Source of the DNA: the human T2T-CHM13v2.0 reference genome, Homo sapiens
Assembly: GCF_009914755.1 (NCBI RefSeq)
Contig: NC_060937.1
Length of the DNA: 64,000 bases
Reading direction: 5' to 3' (one strand)
Numbering within the stretch: the first letter of the stretch is position 1; the number at the start of each line of letters is the position of its first letter. Below are positions 43,823 through 57,441 of the stretch, in pieces. Below the pieces are notes generated by a model that was not told the DNA's origin, ran no database searches, and saw only the letters and a list, made by a program, of their open reading frames with translations. The translations under genes and the position numbers were made by a program.

Positions 43823-44290
43823 GGAGAAAGACTTTTATTACATCACTGGTTTTATACGTATTTTTGTCCGGAGAGGTTGGGCATTTCCCTTACCTCCATC
43901 TGCTGGAATTAGGTATTTTAAACTTTTTCTCTGCCACCTTGGTTAGCCTAGAATATGAAATCTTAATGAATAAGGTTGCACTCATATCATAAAATAAAAT
44001 ATATATTATAAAGGAACAAGCTGTTTAAGCTCTATTTGTTAAGGTTTCATGATTATGTCTGAAATTATAGGAAAAAAGTATTCAAGGTAAAGCTCTATGA
44101 TCTTGTTCCTGGAGTTTGAACAAAAATACACTCTTGTCAGACTGTAGGCTGGTGAAGTCCCCAGGTGCCCTTTTCAAGGGCAGAGCCCCAGATTCCATGG
44201 CTACCGTGGGAGTTTAGGTGTGCTTAGCATTTCACTTGCTGTGGGAAAAGGAATGTTAAATAACACATATTTTTTAAAAGTGTCCCTTTC

Positions 44291-44650
44291 TGTCTTAGTC
44301 TTTTCGGGCTGCTATAACAAAACACCTTAGACTTGGTGGCTTATAAACAATAAAAATTTGTTTCTTACAGTTCTGGAGGCTGCAAAGTCCAAGATGAAGG
44401 CAGATTCACTGCCTGGTGAGGAGGGCCTGCTTCCTTGATCCAGGACAGCACCGTCTCACAGTGTGCTCACGTGGTGAGGGGTGAGGGGTCTCTCTGGAGC
44501 CTCTTTTTATAAGGCCACTAATCTCATTCATGAGGGATCTGCCCTCGTGACCTAATCACCTCCCAAAGGCCCCACCTCCCAACACCATCATATTGGGAGG
44601 TAGGATTCCAACATATGAATTTTGGGAGAACACAAACATTCAGACCACAG
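44291..44650 (-). mobile_element. MLT1A MaLR LTR
   Basis: gggctgctataacaaaa...acaaacattcagaccacagc. Confidence 0.85.
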
Positions 44651-44829
44651 CGCCTTCATTTGTGTGAAACGAAACAAACTTCCTGTTAGGAAGAGAGAGG
44701 AGCGTCTTATTTAAATGTATAAATTATTCAGTGTTTTAGCAATATCCCAGATATTTTAAACCAAAATAGTGTCATTACCTACAATTTTAGAATGCTTGCC
44801 TGCCTGCCTGGTCATCTACCCATTCCTTT

Positions 44830-44960
44830 ATTCCTTCCTTCCTTCCTACCTTCCTCCCCTTCTTTCCTTCCTTCCTTCCTTCCTTCCTTCCTTCCTTCCT
44901 TCCTTCCTTCCTTCCTTCCTTCCCTCCCTCCTTCCTTCCTTCCTTCCTTCCCTCCTTCTT
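44830..44960. repeat. (CTTC)n simple repeat
   Basis: Read directly. Confidence 0.95.
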
Positions 44961-47567
44961 TCAATACATATTTACTGTGGGAGGCTTTGTCTTAGCCCCC
45001 ATGGTGCAGTCAGTCAAGTCATGGTCTGTGTCCTGGGGAAGATCAGCGCTGCAGTAGAATTAAGCCTGGGTGCAGTGGCAGCACCCAACCCAGACCAAGG
45101 AGTAAGGGAGCCTTCTGCAAGGTGAACCTTGGGCTGAGTTTTGAGGGATGAAGGGAACCACTCCATAAAGGAGGGAGAGAGAGGCAAAGGCTCCTAGGCA
45201 GAGGGAACAGCATGTGCAAAAGCACAGAGGCAAGAGTCAGCATGCTGCCTGTTCCACACATCCAGCGGAGCATATGCGAGGAGAGGCGGTGGGGGTCCAG
45301 GACAGACATCACATTATCTGGGGCCATTTTTGCTCAGCAAAATGTTACCCAGTACATCACTGAGGAGCCATGAGACCATTTCTCTGTTCACTTATGTATC
45401 AAACAGTCATTGACTTCCAACTATGTGTCCACGTTGCTTTAGGACCTTTATATATTTTATTTCATCAGTCTCCAGAATATCAAGAGCCCCCTCAAAAGGA
45501 TTCTTACCCCTATTTCATAGTTGAAAAGAATGAGATTTAAAGAATCTGAGTAACTTGCTTGAAACCCCTCAGCTACTAAGGAATAGATTTGGGATTGAAA
45601 CTCTAGTCTCTCTCTAAAGCTCATTATATCAGTTAGGATTGGCTTTAACTACAGGTGACAGAATATGCATAACCTCAAAGGCCTAAGTGAGGCAGAAGCT
45701 TTTTCCTCTCTCATGTAGGAAGTCGGGGGTCAAGTAGCTTCATAAAATTTTCAGGGACCAGACCCCTTCTACTCTGTGGTTCTGCCATCCTCAGCCTGTG
45801 TGTTCCTCCTCATGGCCCAAGGTGGCTGCTCAGACTCCAGCCAACATGCTCTCATTCCAGCCAGCAGGAAGGGAGGCGTGTCAAGAAAAGACTCACCCCT
45901 TCCTTTTAAAGACAACTCCCAGAAGCTGCCCATGACACCTGCATTTGCAACTTTTTAGTCAGAAATTAATCATATGTCCTATCTAGCTGCAAATGAAGCA
46001 GGCAAATATGGTCTTTGCTCATTTCTTTTCCACTATTCTAGGGTTTTGTATTCTAGTACCTGCTAAGAACCAGAAAGTATCTCCTTTGCTCTTTCTATGC
46101 AATACTGACTTACTTCATTAAAATTCAGTGCCAAGAAGGGGAAGGAGTGCTAAAGCATACATTCAGGTAGGGCACGATGTGTAGGATATTTCAGATGTAG
46201 GTGGCATCTAGAGGAACAGTGGTCTCAGCCCAGAAGCATACCAAACCCTTTGGCTTCCTTGCGAAGCCAAGAGGGTGTCCTAACTTTCCTAGAAATACTG
46301 TACTTAGATGCTCCTCCTTTAAAACTGATAGTGGTCTGCAGTTACCCATATAGAACTTATCGTTTTCCATTACATGGTTGGTTTGCTTGTCTGTGACCTT
46401 GCTAGATACTGAATGTCACAAAAGCACATCTTTCAGCTCTGAAGCCTCAGCATCTGGCACAGTGTTTGACCTACCATTGGTGCTCAGTCTAAGTGTCTCC
46501 AGTGACTGAATCACTGTGTGGAGGCAGAGTTCAGTGTCCCTGAGTGTCTCACTGAGAATCATGCCCTTGCATGCAGAAGCACGTGCTCCTCCTCAGCTCT
46601 GGGCTGGAAGGAGGAGGCTGGGTCTCTCTGGGCACAGCCCACAGTGCTGCAGGGCCAACAAGAGCCCATCTGATGGCCCACAGCCTCACCATGCAGCTTA
46701 CAACACCGCATGGCCCTTCCCTGCTGCCATCCTGTATGGAACCTCAGAGTGCCCAGGGGTACACACAGCTCCCTGAGGCTTGGCTCCACAGTCACAGAGG
46801 TGGTCTCGGGGGCAGCCTGAGCCCAGTGTGTAAATGCTACTCCTCCTGGGCTTTTCCACTTTCCGTTCCATCTCTGACCCTAGGCTCTTGTTGAAGCCAT
46901 ACCTCTGGGCGTTTTGGTTTGTTTGTACATTTATTCCAAAAATCTGCCTTAAATATTGTGTGCATTGTATTGTCTAGTGGCCGCGGTGAAGTTTGGCCCC
47001 GTCAGCCCACCCCAGGAATGTGACATGTCTCCACTGGAGCATGACTTAGAAGGAACTGGTGCTGAACTTGGTTGCACAGCCAGGGTCTTTCTTCATGACC
47101 CCTACACTGGCCCTGAGTGTTAGACTCACCACCACGCAATGCCCTGGTGTGTTGGGTACCAGGCATCACCTCATCTTCTCCATTTCACTATATTACTGCT
47201 CAAAGGCAGACACCCTGGGATATATGAGAAAACCAACACCTGACTTCCCCACACAGACATGTAATACAACCAGCTCTGGTGAAGCTGCCTTCTACACACG
47301 TTCATGAAATTATAGATCTTGGGGCTTGAAAGGACCTTAGAGTTGTTTTAATGTTTAACCCCATTCAGTTCTCAAATTCTCTTCTCTGCTAAGCCATGAG
47401 CCAGCATGAGCTTGAATGCGTTCAGGTAAAAAGAACTCAATACCTTATAGGGCAGCCCATTTCAAGGTTGGAAAGCTCTGACCTTAGATATTTTTTCTCC
47501 TCTATGAGCTGAAATTAGTCTTTATTGATATTCTACCCTGTAGCCCAATTTCTATACTTTTCAGCCA

Positions 47568-48360
<793 letters not shown>

Positions 48361-48858
48361 CCCAGAAAAAAATATCTCTCTCCTACAGAATGATCCTGCT
48401 AATACTTGAAAACAATTCTCATGACTTACACGTCTTTTTGTCTCCGTTTACACCCAAGTGAGTATCCTCCCCATCCTTGTCCTTTGAACTTGGTTTGCTG
48501 TTTAACTCAAAACGAGGCGCCTAAAGAGAGACTAGTGTTTGGTCAGGAACGGACCAGGGCAGAGGGGGAATTCCTGGGAGCATGAACACTGAGGAACACA
48601 GAGCTTCTTCTGCGAATTAGGGCCTGATTTAAAAAATAAAAGGTCTAGAAGCCCAGGTATCCCACTGGAGAAGGACTTTGGCGTCTGCACTGAATTTCAA
48701 TTAACCATCCTATTAATGTTTTGGAGTTCCAGAGATCTTTGAGTATTATGCATTTTTGAATGTGAAATTTATATGAAGATTTCCTCCTCCTTCTATACCC
48801 CTTTCCCCAGTAATCTAGTAATTTCTATAAACAGATTTTTCTCTCTCTCTCTCTCTAG

Positions 48859-48925
48859 AGTATTAAACAAATAGAACAACTGTTCATGAAAGCAGACTGT
48901 GAAGCACTGGGCAGAATTCAGTGGG
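48859..48925 (+). pseudogene. WDR95P: Exon D (SIKQIEQLFMKADCEALGRIQW plus one extra G)
   Basis: (CT)n-tag acceptor; gtaagt donor at 48926; LFMKxD...GxIxW EF-hand motif of the WDR49/WDR64/EFCAB8 group. Confidence 0.85.
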
Positions 48926-49479
48926 GTAAGTTGGGTTTTTTGTGAATCAGATTTGGAGTTCTAGGGAATTTGCATAATGTATTTATTTCCCAGCCCACTT
49001 CTTTCTGGAGAACTCTTTGCCCCTCATTTCCTTTGGCCAACCTGAAGTTGAACCAAGGGGACGTGCTTGCTCACAATCTTCAAATTCTTGCCATGTCTGG
49101 CTATACTTGGAGTAGTTCAACTAGGAATTTCAGGAATGATGGCAAGTTCTTAGAAGGATATCCTAAAACTAAGGATTGAAGAGTGCATCCACAACTTCCC
49201 CCAAAGCAAGAGCACACCAGTGAGCAAGAAATGCCATGGGCAGCGGCACCTGGTGATGATCAGATGAGTGTTTGGAACAGGGATGCCACAGAATAAATTT
49301 TCAGCAAATATGATCATCATCATTATTAATATTTCCAAATTTGGGATGTATAATAATGAGAGGCTAAGAAGGCTGCTTTTAACATTCTTCATCGTCGTGT
49401 CCATCAGTGTACTTCCATTGTCCTAGAATGAATTAAGTTTTAAAATGACAAGTTGAGCAGTAAGACACCTCTCTATTCA

Positions 49480-49806
<327 letters not shown>

Positions 49807-50519
49807 CTATTCAGACTTTTGGCCAATTCCCCCACCAAATTAAATACAAGTGGTCTCATTGTCATCTGATTTGAAAAGGAACATTCAGGATTCCAGGGAA
49901 AAGAAGGAAAGCTTCTAATGAAGTAGGGTTTGGGGGAAAGTGGAGAGAAAATGTAGATTTCCCAAGCCCCAAATATCCCCGACCCCTTCACTCTGACCAC
50001 AGAGTTTTTTTCTGCAGGTGTACTGCTAAGATTCGAAATGAGGCACACATCCTGGTGGGTAGGACTGCAGAGTTGTCACACCCATGGGGACTCATGTCTC
50101 TGGCCAGCCACTTACTAGTTATGATTGTAGGCAAGTTATTTAACCTCTTTAAGCTTAAGTTTCCCAATTTGTAAAATGTGGTGAACAATAGAACCTATCT
50201 CCCACAGTTATCTTGAGAATTGAGAGGAAGGTCTCTGTTGCATGGAACATGGTACAGTCTCAATAACAACCATCATCATCATCCTCTTTAGAGAAAGAAA
50301 CTGGCAGCAGAAGCCAGCCCAGCAGCTGGGTAACAGACTTCTGGGCTCAGCTCAACAGGCACACCCCAGTTATTACCCCCCAAGATTTTGGCAGCCGCGT
50401 TTATGTGCTAATAATGATGTTATGTCCAAGAAAGGCATTATCCATGCCCAGATGGTAAGGAGAATTTTTGAAAGCCAGAAAGATAGAGGACGTTTCATGA
50501 ATTGTCCTTTATCCTCCAG

Positions 50520-50750
50520 GGTGGCTTCCGCACATATCTGCAGCTAGAGTATTTGGAGCGAGCTAATGCTTTGGCCCGACAGAAAGAGGTTTCCTTCCTG
50601 CTGCCTGCTGCGCTGCGGAGGCTGTCATATGGGGGTCCCGTGCTGCGCATTCTCTCTATGCCTGACGACACCTTAATCATGATCAGAGAAGATGGAGCTA
50701 TTTATTTCTGGTCCCTGCAGCTGAAGTTGAAAAGAAGAAAGCGGGTCTTT
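50520..50750 (+). pseudogene. WDR95P: Exon E (GGFRTYLQLEY...IREDGAIYFWSLQLKLKRRKRVF), end of EF-hand and first WD40-like repeat
   Basis: cctccag acceptor; 231-nt open frame; gtatgt donor; EDGAIYFWS WD40-like end. Confidence 0.88.
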
Positions 50751-51561
50751 GTATGTGATTTTCATTTGATAAGGATGCTGAGTGCTACAGTTTGATTTTA
50801 TTTGCTATTTTAAACTGCTTCTTAAGTGGTGTGATTACATAAATTGTGTCCTTGAATATAATATATTCATGCTGGATTTTGCTAGTCTGTAGAATGCAAA
50901 TAAAATATGATCTCTCTATGTAGTGCAAGATAAAGCTTCATTTTGCTTCTAAAATCAGATGGAATGATGAATTACATGTGATTCCATCATGTGATTTATT
51001 GTATGTCTTAATGAATGACAAATAGAAAAGAATCTTCCCTTCCTCCACCCATTAACGGTTATATCAGTTTAGGTAGCTATGTTAGGGCTTCTCTTCAGAG
51101 AACTTACTGAATGACAGAATCAGAAATTCAAAAGACAAAAAGCACTGGGGAGGTATGCTTAGGAATGACAATGCCTGACCCATTCCAGGATATGTTCTAT
51201 TTTTAAAGCCATTCTTTTTATTATCTCAACAAATATTTTAGTCTCTGTCATAGACCAGGCATTGTGATGGGTGCTGGGAACACAGAAACCCAGTCTCTGC
51301 CCTCAGGAAATGTATAATCTATCCCAGATATTATAGCTGCCCCAAAGCCCTCAGGATGCAGAATATGCTCTCCCTAGAGACAGAAAATAAAGTTGATTCT
51401 CCAAATCTATGAAACAAATTATTTCCACTTGAAGGAGAAAATAAAGAAAATTATATGATGTTAAACATGCATACTACAGGCAAGAATGGCTTGAGACAAC
51501 TGAAAATGTCTGATCATTAAAAAGGCATATGCTCGTTCATTTTCACCCTTCAACCCTTTAG

Positions 51562-52096
<535 letters not shown>

Positions 52097-53959
52097 TCAA
52101 AAAATACTAAAACTCATGTATCAATCGAAGCTACCACGCAAGGTTATCACTTTGGCCTATTGCAGTGATGCTGTCATTGCCCCCAACAGAGACTGAGGTT
52201 TTCTTTTGGGGAATACTTCTGGGGCCAAGGTATGGGCCAGACTAGAAAAACATTAGCCTTGGTACTTTTTAGTACACCTTATTTTATATTCAACATAGTT
52301 TTCCTATTTTATTAGCCACAAAATTTTGTCTGTAGTGCTCTGAACTGATCCAAAAAATAAAATCCTCTGTAGAAAGATGATCACACTCACTGCTGAAGCG
52401 CTTCAGAAGAGCGAGTCTCAGGCTGGGAAAGGAGGCCCTGAGGTTTTTATCAATGGCAACATCATGAAAACGAATATGCAGGGTCCTGGGCGCTGCTTGA
52501 CTCTTCTCAGTAATGGGCCACGTCAAAGGCGGTGTGGCTTGATGGGAAGAAGGTTTGGAAAATGTCAAATCAAGGTTGAAGCAAAAGCAATTTCTAGGCC
52601 ATTGACAACCGCCCATAAAATAATAATAATAATTTTTTTAAAGAGCAATTTCAACACCGTAGGAGGATGAATTATGAGTGAGTGGGTCTAGGCTGAAAAA
52701 TGAGGCTGTTTAGTGCTGGAGTCTGGGGGCCATGGCTACGAGAAGGGAGAGTGATTGAGGTTCTCACAGCACTGCCTACCAGGACACCATGGACTCCTTG
52801 GAAGCTCAGCTTCTTGCAAGGGTTTTCTCCTCTCTACCTTGTCTCTTCCAGAAGTCACCAGTTCCCTAGGATTTAACCACTTGAATGAAAAGTTAAATAC
52901 AACCTCAAACTATCTAGGCTATTAAATATAATTAATTTTAATGTTACATATCATAATGTATATATTTATTAATATATGTAAATCATTAACATGTATTTAT
53001 CAAAATATAAATATAACTAACATAATAAATATTAACTATTCTAAAAGCAACAAATTTAGATTTATACGTTCAGTCCAGTTTGATTCTTTAAAGTACATTC
53101 AATGACTTTATCATGTGTTTTAAACGCACAGAAGTTCAGAGATTGGAGCAGGATCTTATAGAGGCTCTCTGAGCTGACAAACCAGAAGTTGAGGCAGGAT
53201 ATATGCCATTGGGAGGCAGGGAACCACTTTTGAACTGCAGGACAGGTAGAAAGGAAGTGAAAAAAAGCCATTTAGCACTGAGACAAAGGCAAGGCCTGTG
53301 GACTTGAGAGTGACCTGTGTGAACAAGTCAAAGCAGTGAGTTTTCTCACACCCACAAAATTCTTCTTTTCATCAGCTCCAAGATAGACAAGCTATCATAG
53401 GAGGGAAGGGGTCCACGCTGCAGCTTAGGAAGCGGGGAATTAGGGAGGCACCAAGTGAACCCTTCGGTGTAGAGAAAGAGGCCTTCAACCCTCCGCTTTG
53501 CAGAGCTAACCCTTTTCATATTATCAATATCAAACAGCAGCTCATATTCTGAGCACTTCACAAGCCCCAGATACTGGACTGAGCCCTTTCTCCCACATCA
53601 TCTCGTTTAATCCTCACCACTCTCCTATAAGGCAGGGACAGTTACGATCCCATTTCACAGATGAGGGAACTGAGTGCTGAGCTGGGATCTGAATACCCCT
53701 CTGCTGGAATTCAGAGCTCAGGTGGTTGAAAATTGTGTTAGCCTCCTGATGGAGAAGGACCAGCCCCGTGGGCAGATTTAGAACCAGGCCAAAGAAGTGT
53801 TCCCAAATGGGGAGAGCTGGGAGGGAGGCCTCAAGCTCCACCCTGCTAGGTCATCGTCCGGTGCCTCTGTTTTGTGGGATTTGTGGAATACAAAATATTT
53901 CTACAGAGGTGAAGTGGGAAGCTTAAAGTCTACTTCAAGTGTGCTTGATTTTTAAACAG

Positions 53960-54052
53960 GAACCGTGAAACCCAGCTGTAGGAGCTCTCTATTGCAAAGC
54001 CCTACTGTCAGCTTGGTGGCCTGGAAGCTGTGCCTATGGAGCTGGACTGCTG
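53960..54052 (+). pseudogene. WDR95P: Exon G (RNRETQL*ELSIAKPYCQLGGLEAVPMELDC) with in-frame TAG and GC donor
   Basis: tttttaaacag acceptor; phase-2 entry matches exon F; TAG at 53979-53981; donor TG/GCAAGG. Confidence 0.8.
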
Positions 54053-55207
54053 GCAAGGGAAGGCGTCTGCGGGGCCAGGAGGCCTGGTTGTGGGTGGCTT
54101 CCCCTGGACATTAAAACCTGGCCTCCTCTCTCCTGGGGCAGCTGTGTTCAATCAGTAAATGTCAGGGTTCCAGGCAGCCTGTCACAACCATGGCACAGCT
54201 CCCTCTTTGTGCCCAGCAAAGAGGGAGCTTCCTGCATCTAGCAAGGACAGGGAAACCAGGGAGGTGAAATTATTTTTAGAGTCATGCGGTTACAAATTAA
54301 TTTCTGTGTTAAATGAGACTGGATTCATTTCCTGAAATTCAACTCTGATCACAGTACTCTGCTTCTTAATAGTTACCAGTTGTTCTCCAACACAGTAATG
54401 TCCAAACCCTTCTGAGGCATCCACTCCCTTCTACCTTTCCAGCCTTTGCCTTGCTGTGCCTTGAGGCTGGGGAAGCACTAACCTAACTGAATAGGGAACT
54501 GTCAATGCGTCAAACACTGTCGCCTCCATACTGTTCCATGTGCTGCCCCTTACCCCAACGACATTTGTTGCTCGACATTTGTTGAGCACTTACTATGTGC
54601 TGATTTGATTGGACACGGAGATGCACATGCGAATAAGACCTGGTTCCCAACGAGCCATAAGTCTCATAGAGCAGGTGGTCCTGCTATAATCCTACCATTC
54701 TTTCCAGCTCACACGTCATTGTGAAGATTACCTAGAATGTCCATCATAAGCAGAAGTGAGCGTACCCAGGAGATTCCTTAGCCTTGAGCTGTGGCCACCA
54801 GTGTGCAGGTCCTTAGTCATTTGTGGGTGACACCAGCGCCTTAAAATTTACTGTCTACTCTCTGGCACCTACATATCAACTGGTGCATTGTAGGTGCTCA
54901 GGAAACATTTGTGGATTAACCAAGTCAGAAATTCTTATTTAAGTGGACGAAGAGAAGGTCCAGGCTCATTTTGCCTTTCCTTTCCCCCTCCTCCTCCTTC
55001 TTCTCCAGATGAGATAGAAATCTCCTTCAGCTGCTCAACAATTGCAGTGAAATAGGTCTCTCTTTCATCTCTCTCCTATCAATCATTTTGTACATTGAGA
55101 AATATAGAAAAAAGTTAATGGATTCAGAATGAAATGATTGAAAAGCAAAACTGTCCCCGAGTGGTTCTGGCAGAACAAAAGCCTAGGAGACACAAGTCAG
55201 GCTCAGC

Positions 55208-55249
55208 TGCCCTGCCCTGCCCTGCCCTGCCCTGCCCTGCCCTGCCCTG
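55208..55249. repeat. (CCCTG)n pentanucleotide repeat, about 8 units
   Basis: Read directly. Confidence 0.95.
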
Positions 55250-56692
55250 GAGCACCTTTCACATAAGACAAAGAGGCCTTTTCCCCTCTGGTGTGCAGCT
55301 CCTGCCCTGTGGGACCCCGGGTTCCTCCCCAGCTCATCGAAAACCCGGATTCCCATCCAGAGGGCAATGCCCACTCACACCCCATGACAAAGGTTGGAGG
55401 TGGTGCTGCAGCTTCCCTATGCCCTGAAGGGGCCCAGGCTCCCAGCCCCTCTGCACTTTGCATCTACCCTGTAACCACCCTCATAAGACCCCAGCATCCA
55501 GCATCAGCGGATCTGGGTTCCTCCTAGTGCAGCCCTGGGCTCTGGGGAGGGCAGGACAGAGTGGTGGACCCATGCAGGCTCCAAAGGCCGAGGGTTCTGG
55601 CTCCCTTCTCAGCCCTCTTACTCGTCTCTGGGGACCTGAGCAAGTCATGTCTTCATTCTCAACCTCAGGTGTCTCATCTGCGAAACAGAGCTTATACGAC
55701 TGACCTCACTGAGCTGTGGTTGAGATGAAATCCACGCTGTAGATTAGGCCCCTAATACAACACCCAACAGCAGGTGCTCCACACGCAGAACACCCTTTCC
55801 TTTTCTAATCCCAGCCTGCTGCGAATGGGAGGAACCATGCTTGATGGCCCCCGGGGCTTCTGTCCCCACATCTGGCCCTCAAAGCCACTTAGACCCCTTG
55901 CCTTCCAATCCTCTCCTGACTTGGGAGCCCCAGCTGCTCCGGCCTCACTCAAATCCTGTCTCACTCAGCTCTTTCCTGTCTCAGGGCCTTGGCACATGCT
56001 GTGCCTCTGTCTGAGACACTACGACAGCCTTTTCTTTCAGATCTTGATTGAAACCTCCCCTCCTCTGACCATCCTTTCCTAAACGCCTCATCTAACTATG
56101 TTCCCATGACCCTGTTCCTTTCCTTATTGCATGTAGCATAGGCCATGAGTATAGACGGTGAATTGTCTATTGGCGGTCCTGTTCACTACACAGTGGGGGC
56201 AGGAACCACATCTGCTTTCTTCCCCACTGTAAGCCTAGAGTGCAAGGCATATAATAGCTGTTAAGTATTTTCTTAAATAACTGAACAAGCAAAGGCTTAG
56301 ACTATGAAGTCAAAGCTCACTTGGAGTCCCAGGAAGTTGTCCAAACGCTTTGTGCCTCAGCTTCCTTGTCTGTGAAATTGGTAGAATAAAAACAGTACTT
56401 CACCTCCTGCATTGTTGGGAGGCGTTCTTGTGATAGTAGCTCCCTGGCATGCAGAAGGGGCTTTATACATGCTGGTTTTCATTATCATCACGACTATATG
56501 GACTCCTGACCAGGCGAGGCTGGATGGACAGCATTCCAAATTCATAAGAGTCTAGGGATGCCGTGGACCCAGGCAGTCATGAGGACCCTATTCTGCCCCC
56601 TGGACTCCTGGGGCTTGGAGCTGTGTGTGTGCCCTTTGCTGTGCATTGAGCACACAGGATGCCTAACCTCGAGAAGTGCACACTTTGGTGAA

Positions 56693-57090
56693 TGTATTCG
56701 TCTGCTGGAGCTGCAGGACACCATAGACTGGGCAGCTTAAACCACAGAAACTTGTTTTCCCGCAGTTCTGGAGACTGGGCATTCGAGATCAAGGTGCCCA
56801 CCCATTCTGTTTCCAATGAGGGCACTCTTCCTGGCTTGCAGATGGCTGCCTTCTCACTGCGTGCTCATGTGGCCCTTCCTCAGTGAGTGAGGGCAGAGAG
56901 AGAAAAGGAGGAAAGAGAGGGAGGAGAAAAAGAGAAAGTGCTCCTTGGTGTCTCCTATAAGAACACAAATCCTATTGTGAGGGCCACTTCCTCATGACCT
57001 CATCAACTCCAAGACAATGTCTCCAAAGACCATCACACGGGGTCTTAGGCCTTCAACACATGGATTTGTTGGGGGAGGCCAAGGCATTCA
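56693..57090 (-). mobile_element. MLT1A-type LTR
   Basis: ccatagactgggcagcttaaaccacagaaa...cagttctggagactgg. Confidence 0.8.
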
Positions 57091-57344
57091 GGCCCAACAC
57101 TGCATGTTTACTGACTTAGGTGGTGCACTCCAACCACGCCACCCTCGCTTCCCGAGGGCCTCGTCTGGGATGGAGCCAATAGTACTGTCTACACACTAGC
57201 CTCCTCAGCCAATGGCACTGTCGGCTGATGATGTCATTCTCTGACAGCCCCGCATCTGCGGCCTGGCATCTGTCAGAGGGCTGTCCCAGGAAACTAGGAG
57301 TGAGGCTCAGGATGCTTCTCTGCTCCTGTGAAGTGGAGACTAGA

Positions 57345-57441
57345 CTTCTCTCTCTCTCTGTTTCTTTCCTTCCTTCCTTTCTCTTTCTTTCTTTTTTTTT
57401 CTCTTTCTTTCTTTTTTTCTCTTTCTTTCTCTTTCTTTCTT
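57345..57441. repeat. CT-rich low-complexity tract
   Basis: Read directly. Confidence 0.9.

Noticed and set aside
54559-54584. Short duplication CGACATTTGTTG x2 (similar cases near 14430 and 26566)
   Set aside because: Ordinary slippage duplications; no array or CRISPR-like spacer structure
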